Assembly (NCBI GenBank): GCA_964615935.1
Contig: CAZTTG010000052.1
Span: 1 to 41,987, forward strand
DNA length: 41,987 nt
Direction of reading: 5' to 3'
DNA from: an uncultured Planctomycetaceae bacterium
GTDB lineage: Bacteria; Planctomycetota; UBA1135; GCA-002686595
Part shown: piece by piece, positions 26,093 to 34,130 of the stretch
How positions within the stretch are numbered: the first letter of the stretch is position 1
How the letters are laid out: each line of letters begins with the position of its first letter
Position numbers and translations under genes: made by a program
The notes under the pieces: model-generated
What the model saw: only the letters and a program-made list of their open reading frames with translations
Told to the model about the DNA's origin: nothing
Databases searched by the model: none

Positions 26093-27022
26093 ATGATCGA
26101 GTCCGACTCCCCTTCCACCGGTCTGACGACCTCGGTGGGCATCGATCTCGCCACCTTGAGCACCAAGGTCGCCGGTCTGAAGGGGGAGGTTCCGGCGGGC
26201 GAGATGAAGCGCCTGCGGGAGGTGCTCGCGCAGGTCGAGCGCAGCCCGGAATCCCTGCGGGACGCGGTCTCGACGCGCCTGATGGACGTCTTCCGGCTCA
26301 AGTCCAGCCGCGCCTGCTTCGGTCTCCTGTACGAGCTCAACAGCCAGCACCTGCTGGCGCAGGTGGCGAGCTGTTTGCGGCGCTACGCCAGCCGATCCGA
26401 TCCGAGGGACGTGCTCCAGGAGGTCTTCTTCAACGTCTACCGCTACCCGCACCGCTTCAACTGCGAACGCGAGGACGCCTTCCGAGTCTGGTCGGCCATG
26501 ATCGTTCGCAACACGGTCCTCAAGCACCTGCGCTCACAGGGCCGCGGCGGTCGGATGGAGGTCCCCTTCGAGGACCTGTCCGAGCAGCCCGAGGTCCGCA
26601 CCAGCAATCCGCTCCGCGGAGTCATCGAGCGCGAGAGCGACGGAGTGTGCGGGCAGGTGTACGTCCTGTACCTCCACCTGTACCTGGAGTTCTACGGCAT
26701 GCTCTCCGAACGGGAGCGCCGGGCCATACATCTGGTCGAGGTGGAGGACAGCAGTTACCGAGAAGCGGCCGAGGTGCTCGGCATCAAGCTCGAGAACCTG
26801 AAGATGGTGATCTTCCGGGCTCGCCGGAAGATCCATCGCTCCATGAGAAGAGTGTTCGACGGTCTTCCCCCGGACTGCCGTCCCGCCCGCGATCCCAAGC
26901 CCTCCGCCGCCGAGCGCGCCCTGCCGGAGCCCACCGGACTGAACCGGGACCTGGCCGGGGCGCCGGCTCCGCGAGAGGCCCGGGATCGTTCGAACCCTGT
27001 CAAAGGGGGTCAAGATGAGTAG
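26093..27022 (+). CDS. ECF-family RNA polymerase sigma factor with N- and C-terminal extensions
   Basis: Region 2 (LQEVFFNVYRYPHRFNCEREDAFRVWSAMIVRNTVLKHLR) and region 4 (LSERERRAIHLVEVEDSSYREAAEVLGIKLENLKMVIFRARRKI) are both present. It overlaps the next gene by 8 nt. Confidence 0.8.
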   Translation: MIESDSPSTGLTTSVGIDLATLSTKVAGLKGEVPAGEMKRLREVLAQVERSPESLRDAVSTRLMDVFRLKSSRACFGLLYELNSQHLLAQVASCLRRYASRSDPRDVLQEVFFNVYRYPHRFNCEREDAFRVWSAMIVRNTVLKHLRSQGRGGRMEVPFEDLSEQPEVRTSNPLRGVIERESDGVCGQVYVLYLHLYLEFYGMLSERERRAIHLVEVEDSSYREAAEVLGIKLENLKMVIFRARRKIHRSMRRVFDGLPPDCRPARDPKPSAAERALPEPTGLNRDLAGAPAPREARDRSNPVKGGQDE

Positions 27023-28073
27023 CGAAGGCCTGACCAGCCTGTGCGACCACTTCCAGCTGGACCTGTCCTGCCTGGTCGATGGTGAGCTCGAAGAGGTCGC
27101 CGCCACCCGCGCCATGTTGCACCTCGAGTCCTGCGGCGCCTGCCGCGACTTCTTCGAGGACACGCGCACCTGTCTCCAGCTCAACAAGGACATGTCCGAC
27201 CCGGACCGGCTCTTCGCCCGAATCGCGACCCTGACGGGGACCGATCTGGAGGCCGAGGTCCTCGGAATCGACCTGGTGAGCCGGCTGGCGACGATCTTCT
27301 ATCAACTCGGCAAGGCCTACCTGCTGACGGCCGTGGACGAGGGCTTCCGCGACCGCGTGTTCGAGCAGGCCCTGCCCCTCGAGACCACCCGCACCCGCGG
27401 CCGCGGGTTCGTGGATGGGGTCCTGACCTCGGGTCAAGACGAGGCCGGCGGCGTCGACTGGCGCCACGCTCGCGGCGTCCTCAACGGACGTCTCGACCGG
27501 ATCGAGAGCCCGATGGAGAAGGCCCGGCGCCTGCTGAGCGAGGCGATCGACGCCGATCCCTCCCACGAGGAGGCGCGCCTGTACCTGGCCTACCTGCACA
27601 AGAAGGAGGGCAAGAGGGTCCTCGCAGCGCAGGAGTATCGCCGCCTCTTCCGGTCGGCGATCGAGGAGAACAACCGCGGCCACGCCGCGATTCAGCTGGG
27701 AATCCTCAACGCGGACGAAGGCAGCTATCGCAAGGCCATCGCCTGCTTCCGCTGGATCACAATGAGCGGTCTGGCAGACCGCGACGGGCGGTTCTACGTC
27801 GCCCGCTTCAACATCGGGATGGACTGGGCGCTGGCCGGGAACATGCGGCGTTCCCTGGCGGCCTTCCGCGAGCTGCTCGACCACCACCCGGATCGCCTGG
27901 GTGAGGTGTCGGAGCTCTTCGCGAGCTCGCCCAAACTGCGCGCGGAGATCGAGTCGCAGGACGGCTTCCCCGAGGAGCTGCTCGCTACCTGCCCCGAGCT
28001 CTTCCGCAGCCCGCCCGATGAGGACCGCGAAGGGGATGGCGACCCGGCCTCGGCCGGGCCCACGGAGCTCTGA
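27015..28073 (+). CDS. Anti-sigma factor, ZAS-type (zf-HC2, HLESCGAC) with TPR-like C-terminal domain; no TM segment
   Basis: The H-x3-C-x2-C motif sits near the N-terminus, immediately downstream of the ECF sigma gene. Helical repeat content includes LYLAYLHKKEGKRVLAAQEYRRLF. I see no hydrophobic helix. Confidence 0.7.
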   Translation: MSSEGLTSLCDHFQLDLSCLVDGELEEVAATRAMLHLESCGACRDFFEDTRTCLQLNKDMSDPDRLFARIATLTGTDLEAEVLGIDLVSRLATIFYQLGKAYLLTAVDEGFRDRVFEQALPLETTRTRGRGFVDGVLTSGQDEAGGVDWRHARGVLNGRLDRIESPMEKARRLLSEAIDADPSHEEARLYLAYLHKKEGKRVLAAQEYRRLFRSAIEENNRGHAAIQLGILNADEGSYRKAIACFRWITMSGLADRDGRFYVARFNIGMDWALAGNMRRSLAAFRELLDHHPDRLGEVSELFASSPKLRAEIESQDGFPEELLATCPELFRSPPDEDREGDGDPASAGPTEL

Positions 28074-28075
28074 AA

Positions 28076-28738
28076 ATGAAACGCAAGACACTTCGGCAAT
28101 CGGCGACCGCACGGTACAGCGCCCCGTGGGTCGCGACGTTGGTGATGGCGCTCGTCCTGGGGACCGGGGGAACCCCGGGCTTCGCCGGTGACGGCGGCGG
28201 ATCCAACGAGGGCGGGGAAGAGGTCGGGACCCTCCCGGTCGTCTCGCAGAGGACCGCCCTCGACGAGCTGCCCTACGGCAAGCTCTCCGACCTGTACAAG
28301 CCGGCCTTCGTGCTGGTGGGCGACCATCAGGACATTCTGAACCTGATCACCTACGCCGGCGGCACCGGCTTCGTGACCGTCCACGAGTCCGCTACCAAGG
28401 ACCGGACCCTGTACGCCTTCCACGGCCAGGTCCAGGTGGCCCTCGACCGGGCGACCTTCGAGCTCGGGCGCGTGGCGGTCCACTTCCGGCCCGGCGCCGA
28501 GTACGTCGGCGGCCTGTCGGCCGTCGAGTGGGACGGCTACTGGAGCGGCCGCCGGGGTCTGAGCGTGCAGGGCGGCTTCTGCGTCCCGCTGGAGCGGCTG
28601 GTGAACGCCGGCCTGCTCGACCGGGCGCCGGCCACGCTCTGGAGCGCCAGCCCGAAGGGCGAGATCAGCATGCTGAGGATGTCCACCCGGGGCACCCAGC
28701 TCGTCCTCGAGCAGGAGCGCAAGCAGCTCGAGCTCTGA
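28076..28738 (+). CDS. Secreted hypothetical protein (220 aa)
   Basis: Signal peptide (WVATLVMALVLGTGGTPGFA). It starts 3 bp after the anti-sigma stop. No domain recognised. Confidence 0.5.
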   Translation: MKRKTLRQSATARYSAPWVATLVMALVLGTGGTPGFAGDGGGSNEGGEEVGTLPVVSQRTALDELPYGKLSDLYKPAFVLVGDHQDILNLITYAGGTGFVTVHESATKDRTLYAFHGQVQVALDRATFELGRVAVHFRPGAEYVGGLSAVEWDGYWSGRRGLSVQGGFCVPLERLVNAGLLDRAPATLWSASPKGEISMLRMSTRGTQLVLEQERKQLEL

Positions 28739-28831
28739 GCCCTCGCCGGCGAACGACATCAGCGAGCCCGGTCGGGGACGAGCCCCGCCCGGGCTCGCGG
28801 CCTGTTCGGGCCTCCCCCGACGCGCCCCGGG

Positions 28832-30427
28832 GTGCCCTCCGAAGGCCTCATGCAGCCCGCCGCGGCTCCGATAACCGGGGCACGGGGGGAACGCGCCATG
28901 GAACCGGTCTTCGCTCAGATCCACTTGCCCCCGGTGCTGCGCCCGGCGACCGCCCTGCAGTCCGACCTGTCGGCCGTGCTGAGGGAGGGGAGGGTCCTGG
29001 CGGGAGAGGTGCTCCAGAGCCTGGGCGGCGGCACGGTCCTGGTGGGGATCGGCCGCCACCGGGTCCCGGCCCGATCGCAGGTCGAGATGCAGCCCGGCCA
29101 GCGGTTCCTGTTCCAGGTCGTGGGGAGCGGCGACCAGCTCGCCCTCCGCCTCATCGCGCCCGCCGCGGAGGGGGAGTCCCCCCTGCTGCGCGCCCTGCGT
29201 CGGGTGGCCGGGCTCGATCGGCCGGCGGGAGAGCTCCTGACCGAGCTGGAGCGCGTCCTGACCGCCCCCCGCGGTCGGGGCGAGCTCGACTCCCCCGCCG
29301 CGGGACGGCTGCTGGCCGAGCTCGACGCCCACGTCTTCCGGGCGGGCCTCGGCGGGGAGGACCTGAGGCGGATCCTGCGGCGATCGGGCGCCGGCTACGA
29401 GGCCGGTCTGGTCCGGGAGGGCGTGGATCGGCTCGGCCCCGGACGCGTTCGGGTCCTCGGCCGCCAGCTCGCCCAGAACCTCCTCGAGGGCCTGGCGTCC
29501 TCGCCCGAGCCCCCCGCTGGCGAGCCGCCGGAGCGCGGCATCGCGATCCTCCGGGAGGCCCTCCGGGAGGCCGTCCTGGACGCCCTGCGCGGGGGAGGGG
29601 ACGAGGAGGGCAAGAGCCCTCCCCGGGCCCGCCCGCTCCCTGCCCGCGCCCCGGGCGGATTCGAGGAGCTGGCGCGCGACCTGCCCGAGATCTTGAGGAA
29701 GGGGATCGCGAGGCTGCCCGAGGGAGCCCTGCGCCAGCGCGCGACCGCCCGTCTGCCTCGGGTGATCGGGAGGCTGGGCGGGCTCGAGCTGCGCTGCCTG
29801 GTCGTGCGCATCCTGGGGGAGCCCCTGGAGGAGGGGACCGCCGGGGCGCGGGCGCGGGGCGCGGCGGCCGAGGGCATCGAGCCCGATCCGGCGCCGCTCG
29901 ACCTCAAGGGAAAGCTGCTCGCCGCCCTTCGCGAGCTCCCCGAGGGCCGGCTGCGCTCGGCCCTGATCCGCGCCGCGGGGGGCATCGAAGCCGAGCAGCT
30001 CCTCAACCTCGCGCGCCAGGAGTCCAGCGAGCCCCTGCACTGGAGCCTGCCCGTCGCCGAGGGGAGCCGGCTGAGCTCGGCTCACCTCTTCCATCAGCGG
30101 ACCTGGGAGGACGCCGAGGGCTCCCGGGCGCCGGGCGCACCCCTGCACCGATTGACCCTGGCAGTGGACCTGACGGGCACCGGAGCCGTGCGCGCCGATC
30201 TGGTGCTACGAGCGGGCTCCCTCTCCGTGCGCGTGCTCGCGGCCGAGGAGGAGGTGGCCGAACGGCTGCGGCAGGAGATCCCCGCCCTCGTCCAGGCCCT
30301 GGCCGCCGGGGGGCGCCGGGTCGGCGTCCGGGTGGACGCGGGCTCGCTCGAGGAGGTCGAGGTGGGCGAGCGGGCCCTCGACATCCAGCTCCTGCGCGAG
30401 CAGCACCTGATGGATGTGGAGGGCTGA
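28832..30427 (+). CDS. Protein with FliK-like C-terminal (hook-length control, Flg_hook) domain; start uncertain (alternatives at 28850 and 28898)
   Basis: The C-terminal LTLAVDLTGTGAVRADLVLRAGSLSVRVLAAEEEVAERLRQEIPALVQALAAGGRRVGVRVDAGS has the FliK C-terminal pattern (L.L.P..LG.V.V.L.....L.V.F.....EVR..L...LP.LR..L...G). The upstream part is Leu/Arg/Gly-rich. Confidence 0.55.
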   Translation: MPSEGLMQPAAAPITGARGERAMEPVFAQIHLPPVLRPATALQSDLSAVLREGRVLAGEVLQSLGGGTVLVGIGRHRVPARSQVEMQPGQRFLFQVVGSGDQLALRLIAPAAEGESPLLRALRRVAGLDRPAGELLTELERVLTAPRGRGELDSPAAGRLLAELDAHVFRAGLGGEDLRRILRRSGAGYEAGLVREGVDRLGPGRVRVLGRQLAQNLLEGLASSPEPPAGEPPERGIAILREALREAVLDALRGGGDEEGKSPPRARPLPARAPGGFEELARDLPEILRKGIARLPEGALRQRATARLPRVIGRLGGLELRCLVVRILGEPLEEGTAGARARGAAAEGIEPDPAPLDLKGKLLAALRELPEGRLRSALIRAAGGIEAEQLLNLARQESSEPLHWSLPVAEGSRLSSAHLFHQRTWEDAEGSRAPGAPLHRLTLAVDLTGTGAVRADLVLRAGSLSVRVLAAEEEVAERLRQEIPALVQALAAGGRRVGVRVDAGSLEEVEVGERALDIQLLREQHLMDVEG

Positions 30428-30429
30428 GG

Positions 30430-30795
30430 GTGGACGGGGACCGACGAGCGCATCCCGGGAGCGGCTCGAGCGGGCCCGAGAGGCGCGCCGCGGCCCTGCG
30501 CCACGAGCCCGGCGGGGAGGGCGCGCCGGTCGTCGCGGCCGCCGGACGCGGCCACCTCGCCGAGCTCATCCTGGAGGTGGCTCGCGAGCGGGGAGTGCCG
30601 GTGCGCGAGGACGCCGACCTGGTCGAGCTCCTGGCCGCCTGCGAGCTGGGGGAGGAGATCCCGGTGGAGGTCTGGGGCGCGGTGGCGGAGCTTCTGGCCT
30701 GGCTGTACCGGGTCGATCGAATGCTGCTGGAGGAGGAGGCGGCCCGCCCCACCCGGGCTGGCTCCCGGCGGGCGGAGGGCGCCCGGGACGACTAG
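30430..30795 (+). CDS. FlhB C-terminal-domain-like small protein (EscU/YscU/FlhB_C family)
   Basis: GTG start 2 bp after the FliK-like stop. VVAAAGRGHLAELILEVARERGVPVREDADLVELLAACELGEEIPVEVWGAVAELLAWLYRV closely follows the FlhB_C consensus (VVAKG...A..I...A.E.GVPI.ED..LAR.L......G.EIP.ELY.AVAE.LA.VYRL). Confidence 0.5.
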   Translation: MDGDRRAHPGSGSSGPERRAAALRHEPGGEGAPVVAAAGRGHLAELILEVARERGVPVREDADLVELLAACELGEEIPVEVWGAVAELLAWLYRVDRMLLEEEAARPTRAGSRRAEGARDD

Positions 30796-31985
30796 GGCGC
30801 CTGCTTCTGGGGTGCGGCGGCCGCGACCTCGCTCACCGCCTCGATGGCCGCGTCGATGTCGCTGTCGACGTTCATGGGACCCACGCTCATGCGCACGGTG
30901 CCCCGCGGGGAGGTGCCCATGTGCTCGTGGATCAGGGGGGCGCAGTGGAGCCCCGTGCGCGTGGCGATGTTGTGGTCCACGTCCAGCAGGGCGCCGGTGT
31001 CGGCGGCGTCGCGCCCCTCCACCGAGAAGCTCACCACCGGCAGGCGGTGCTCGAGCTTGGTGGTGCCGTGGATGGTCACGCCCTCGATCTGCGTCAGGGC
31101 CTCCTGCAGGCGGCTGAAGAGCGCCATCTCGTGCCGGTAGATGGCGTCCATGCCCTTCTCGGCGATGTACTCCTGGGCCAGATAGAGGCCCACGATCCCC
31201 AGCACGTTGGCCGTGCCCACCTCGAAGCGGAAGGGGTAGTCCTCCAGGTGGAAGGGATAGGCGGAGCGGACCCCGGTCCCGCCCGAGCGGGTGATGCGCA
31301 CGTCCACCCCCTCGCTCACGTAGAGGCCTCCGATCCCGGTCGGCGCCAGGAGGGACTTGTGGCCGGTGAAGGCCAGGGCGTCGATGCCCATCGCCTGCAC
31401 GTCGACGGGCACGACCCCGGCCGTCTGGGCGGTGTCGACCACCATCAGGATGCCCCGCTCATGGCACAGCCGGCCGATCTCGGCCAGGGGCTGCACGGTC
31501 CCGATCACGTTGGAGCCGTGGTTGATCACGACCAGGCGCGTGTTGTCGCGGAAGCGCCGGGCGATCTCCTGGGGATCGACCCTCCCATCGCTCTCGCAGG
31601 GCACGTACTCCCGGGTGATCACCTTGTCCCGGGCCATGGAGTTCAGGGGGCGGATCACCGAGTTGTGCTCCAGCACCGTGCTGACCACGTGATCCCCCTC
31701 GCTGACCATGCCCGCGATCAGGATGTTCAGGGCGTCGGAGGCGTTGTAGGTGAAGCACAGACGATCGGAGTCGGTGCCGTTGAAGAGCTGCGTCAGTGAC
31801 CTGCGCGCGGCCTCGATCAGGTCTCCGCCCACCATGCACAGGTCGAATCCGGAGCGGCCCGGGTTCACGCCGTAGCGCTTGTACATGTCCAGCATCCGGT
31901 CCATGACCTCGGGGGGCTTGGGATAGACCGTGGCCGCGTTGTCCAGGTAGATGACGTCCTCGATGCCGGCGGGGATCTCGATCAC
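30792..31985 (-). CDS. Cysteine desulfurase / class-V aminotransferase family protein
   Basis: 397 aa. YLDNAATV, the PLP-lysine region FTGHKSL.AP and GLHCAP are characteristic of NifS/CsdA-like enzymes. Confidence 0.85.
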   Translation of the reverse strand: MIEIPAGIEDVIYLDNAATVYPKPPEVMDRMLDMYKRYGVNPGRSGFDLCMVGGDLIEAARRSLTQLFNGTDSDRLCFTYNASDALNILIAGMVSEGDHVVSTVLEHNSVIRPLNSMARDKVITREYVPCESDGRVDPQEIARRFRDNTRLVVINHGSNVIGTVQPLAEIGRLCHERGILMVVDTAQTAGVVPVDVQAMGIDALAFTGHKSLLAPTGIGGLYVSEGVDVRITRSGGTGVRSAYPFHLEDYPFRFEVGTANVLGIVGLYLAQEYIAEKGMDAIYRHEMALFSRLQEALTQIEGVTIHGTTKLEHRLPVVSFSVEGRDAADTGALLDVDHNIATRTGLHCAPLIHEHMGTSPRGTVRMSVGPMNVDSDIDAAIEAVSEVAAAAPQKQAP

Positions 31986-32063
31986 GATGAGCCTCGAAAG
32001 CGGTTGCCTTCCATGTCGACGGCCGCCCGACCCATGCGTCGGGCGGCATTTGAATCCAGCAGT

Positions 32064-33107
32064 TTAGCGCAGCCGGCGGGGGCGGCAAGGGGAGGGGACG
32101 TCCCGGGCCAGAAGGTCGCTCGGACCGGGCCCGCGCGCGCCTTCGGCGGGGGGGAGCGTGCCCCGCGCCCCGCCCGGTCTCCGCGGGGCTCGAGCGGGCG
32201 GAGCCGCCCGGACCTCGTCCAGCCAGTCGCCGACCTGCTCGGCGGCGCCGCGCAGGAACAGGGGCGAGGTGTGTCCCACCGGGACGTCCAGCACGCGGTC
32301 ATCGCCCTCTCCGAGCGCCGCGGACCAGGGCGGGATCACCAGGTTGTCGCACGTCGAGACCAGGCTGTGCACGGGGACCTCGCTCTGCCGATCGGCGGAG
32401 AGGCTCGAGAGGAGGGCGCTCCCCGGCCGCAGGTCGCGCGAGCTCCGGCCGCAGCCCAGGGAGGCCATGCGCGTGCCGCGGTGGGGGGAGGCGATGCTGA
32501 TCACCACGGCCACCCGGTCCCGCCGCCCGGAGAGGACGCACATCCGCGCGAGCACGCCCCCCATGCTGTGGCCGACGATGGCGATCGGGCGATCCCCGCC
32601 GGCGCGGTGGACGCTCGCGACCCTCCGCCGCACGAAGACCGCGTTCGCGCGCAGCGACCTCAGGGTGGAGGGCAGATTGCCCAGGACCGGCTGGTACCCC
32701 CGGGCTGCGAGCCGGCGCGCGAGGGGCCACATGACGCCGGCGTTCTCCAGGTATCCGGCCAGGAGCAGGACCGGCATCCCTCCCCCCGAGGTCAGCGGCG
32801 CGCAGCGGAAGGGCCGCAGGCCGTGCGCGAGCTGGAGCGCCCAGGTCGCGGCCTGCCAGAGCATCTCGACCGGGAGCCACAGCAGCCGGCGCGGGATGGG
32901 GACCACCCCGGGAGCGAAGGCCGCCCCCCGATCCGGATCGGGGGGAATCCCGCGTCCCAGGAGCGAGGCCACGAGGGAGGTCCCGAGGACGAAGACCGGC
33001 GCCGGGAGCACCAGGAGCAGTGCAGCGGCGAGCGCGAGGTCCAGGATCAGGCCTTGGGTCACGGGAATCCCGGCGGCCGCCCGGGCGCCGCCCCACCCCG
33101 CACCCAT
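32064..33107 (-). CDS. Membrane-anchored alpha/beta hydrolase (lipase-like, GHSMGG nucleophile elbow)
   Basis: Start trimmed to MGAGWGG..LILDLALAAALLLVLPAPVFVLG (TM anchor). VLLLAGYLEN...IVGHSMGGVLAR is a G-x-S-x-G serine hydrolase motif. The gene is upstream of, and co-oriented with, the cysteine desulfurase. Confidence 0.6.
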   Translation of the reverse strand: MGAGWGGARAAAGIPVTQGLILDLALAAALLLVLPAPVFVLGTSLVASLLGRGIPPDPDRGAAFAPGVVPIPRRLLWLPVEMLWQAATWALQLAHGLRPFRCAPLTSGGGMPVLLLAGYLENAGVMWPLARRLAARGYQPVLGNLPSTLRSLRANAVFVRRRVASVHRAGGDRPIAIVGHSMGGVLARMCVLSGRRDRVAVVISIASPHRGTRMASLGCGRSSRDLRPGSALLSSLSADRQSEVPVHSLVSTCDNLVIPPWSAALGEGDDRVLDVPVGHTSPLFLRGAAEQVGDWLDEVRAAPPARAPRRPGGARGTLPPAEGARGPGPSDLLARDVPSPCRPRRLR

Positions 33108-33542
33108 CGTAGCGCCTCGAGGGCGGGGCTCGCGGCCCGGTCCCGGGGAGCCGGGGGGCCTCCGCGCCCGGGGCCGGGACGGGTGGCGCTCGAGGGGCCA
33201 CTCGGGGTCCCGCCCGCCAGGAGGTCCGCCGGAATGGCGGGGAATCTCCTGCCCACCCCGCAACCACACCGTGGTGGGGGCGTCCCCGAGGGCGGTGGGG
33301 CCCGGTGGATGCCGCGACGGACCGCGCGACTCGAGCGAAACCGGGCACCGGCGCGGGGATACGCCTCCCACCCCGCGCCCCGGGGGCCCGCCGGCTCTCC
33401 TCGGGGCGGGGGCGGCGGCCGGGCGTCGATTCGGCAGAAAGACGTCTACAGGCCCCCCCGGCCGGCGTCTCAGGATGCATCACCCGCGGAGCAGACCCTG
33501 GCAGGGGGGCGAGCGGGGGCCCGAGGCGGCACACTGAAGACG

Positions 33543-34130
33543 ATGGTTCGAATCCTGGGGAACATGCGCGAGACCGAGCTGGAGGGCACGCTGGTTCGGG
33601 GCGCCCGCGCGTGCGACCGCCGCTCCTTCGACGGTCTGGTCCGGCTCCACTTCTCCCGGATCTACTCGCTGCTCTTCCGCCTGGTGGGGAACCACGAGGA
33701 CGCCGAGGACCTGGCGCAGGAGTGCTTCGTGCGCGCGTGGCGCTCGATGCGCTGGTTCCGCCAGGAGGGCGCCTTCTCCTCTTGGCTCCGCCGCATCGCG
33801 CTGCACCTGGGCCGCGACCACCTGCGGGCCCGCGGGCGGCGCGTCCCCGAGGGGCCTCTGGCGGTGGAGCCGAGCCCGCCGGAGCCGGGCCAGGGGCCGC
33901 CCGAGGAGACCCATCGCCGGGAGATGATGCGGGCCCTGCGCGCCGCGCTGGAGCGACTCCCCGAGCGCCTGCGGGCGCCCTTCCTGCTCCGCGTGTTCGA
34001 AGGGCTCGAGTACGACGAGGTGGGACGCACGACCGGGGTGACCCCGGGGACCGCGCGCATGCACGTCATGAAGGCCAGGCGCCTCCTCCTGCGCTGGATG
34101 GAGCCCTGGCTCGAGAGGAGGGCGCCGTGA
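33543..34130 (+). CDS. ECF-family RNA polymerase sigma factor (RpoE-like, 195 aa)
   Basis: Region 2 (DAEDLAQECFVRAWRSMRWFRQEGAFSSWLRRIALHLGRDHLRAR) and region 4 (ERLRAPFLLRVFEGLEYDEVGRTTGVTPGTARMHVMKARRLL) are both present. Confidence 0.8.
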   Translation: MVRILGNMRETELEGTLVRGARACDRRSFDGLVRLHFSRIYSLLFRLVGNHEDAEDLAQECFVRAWRSMRWFRQEGAFSSWLRRIALHLGRDHLRARGRRVPEGPLAVEPSPPEPGQGPPEETHRREMMRALRAALERLPERLRAPFLLRVFEGLEYDEVGRTTGVTPGTARMHVMKARRLLLRWMEPWLERRAP

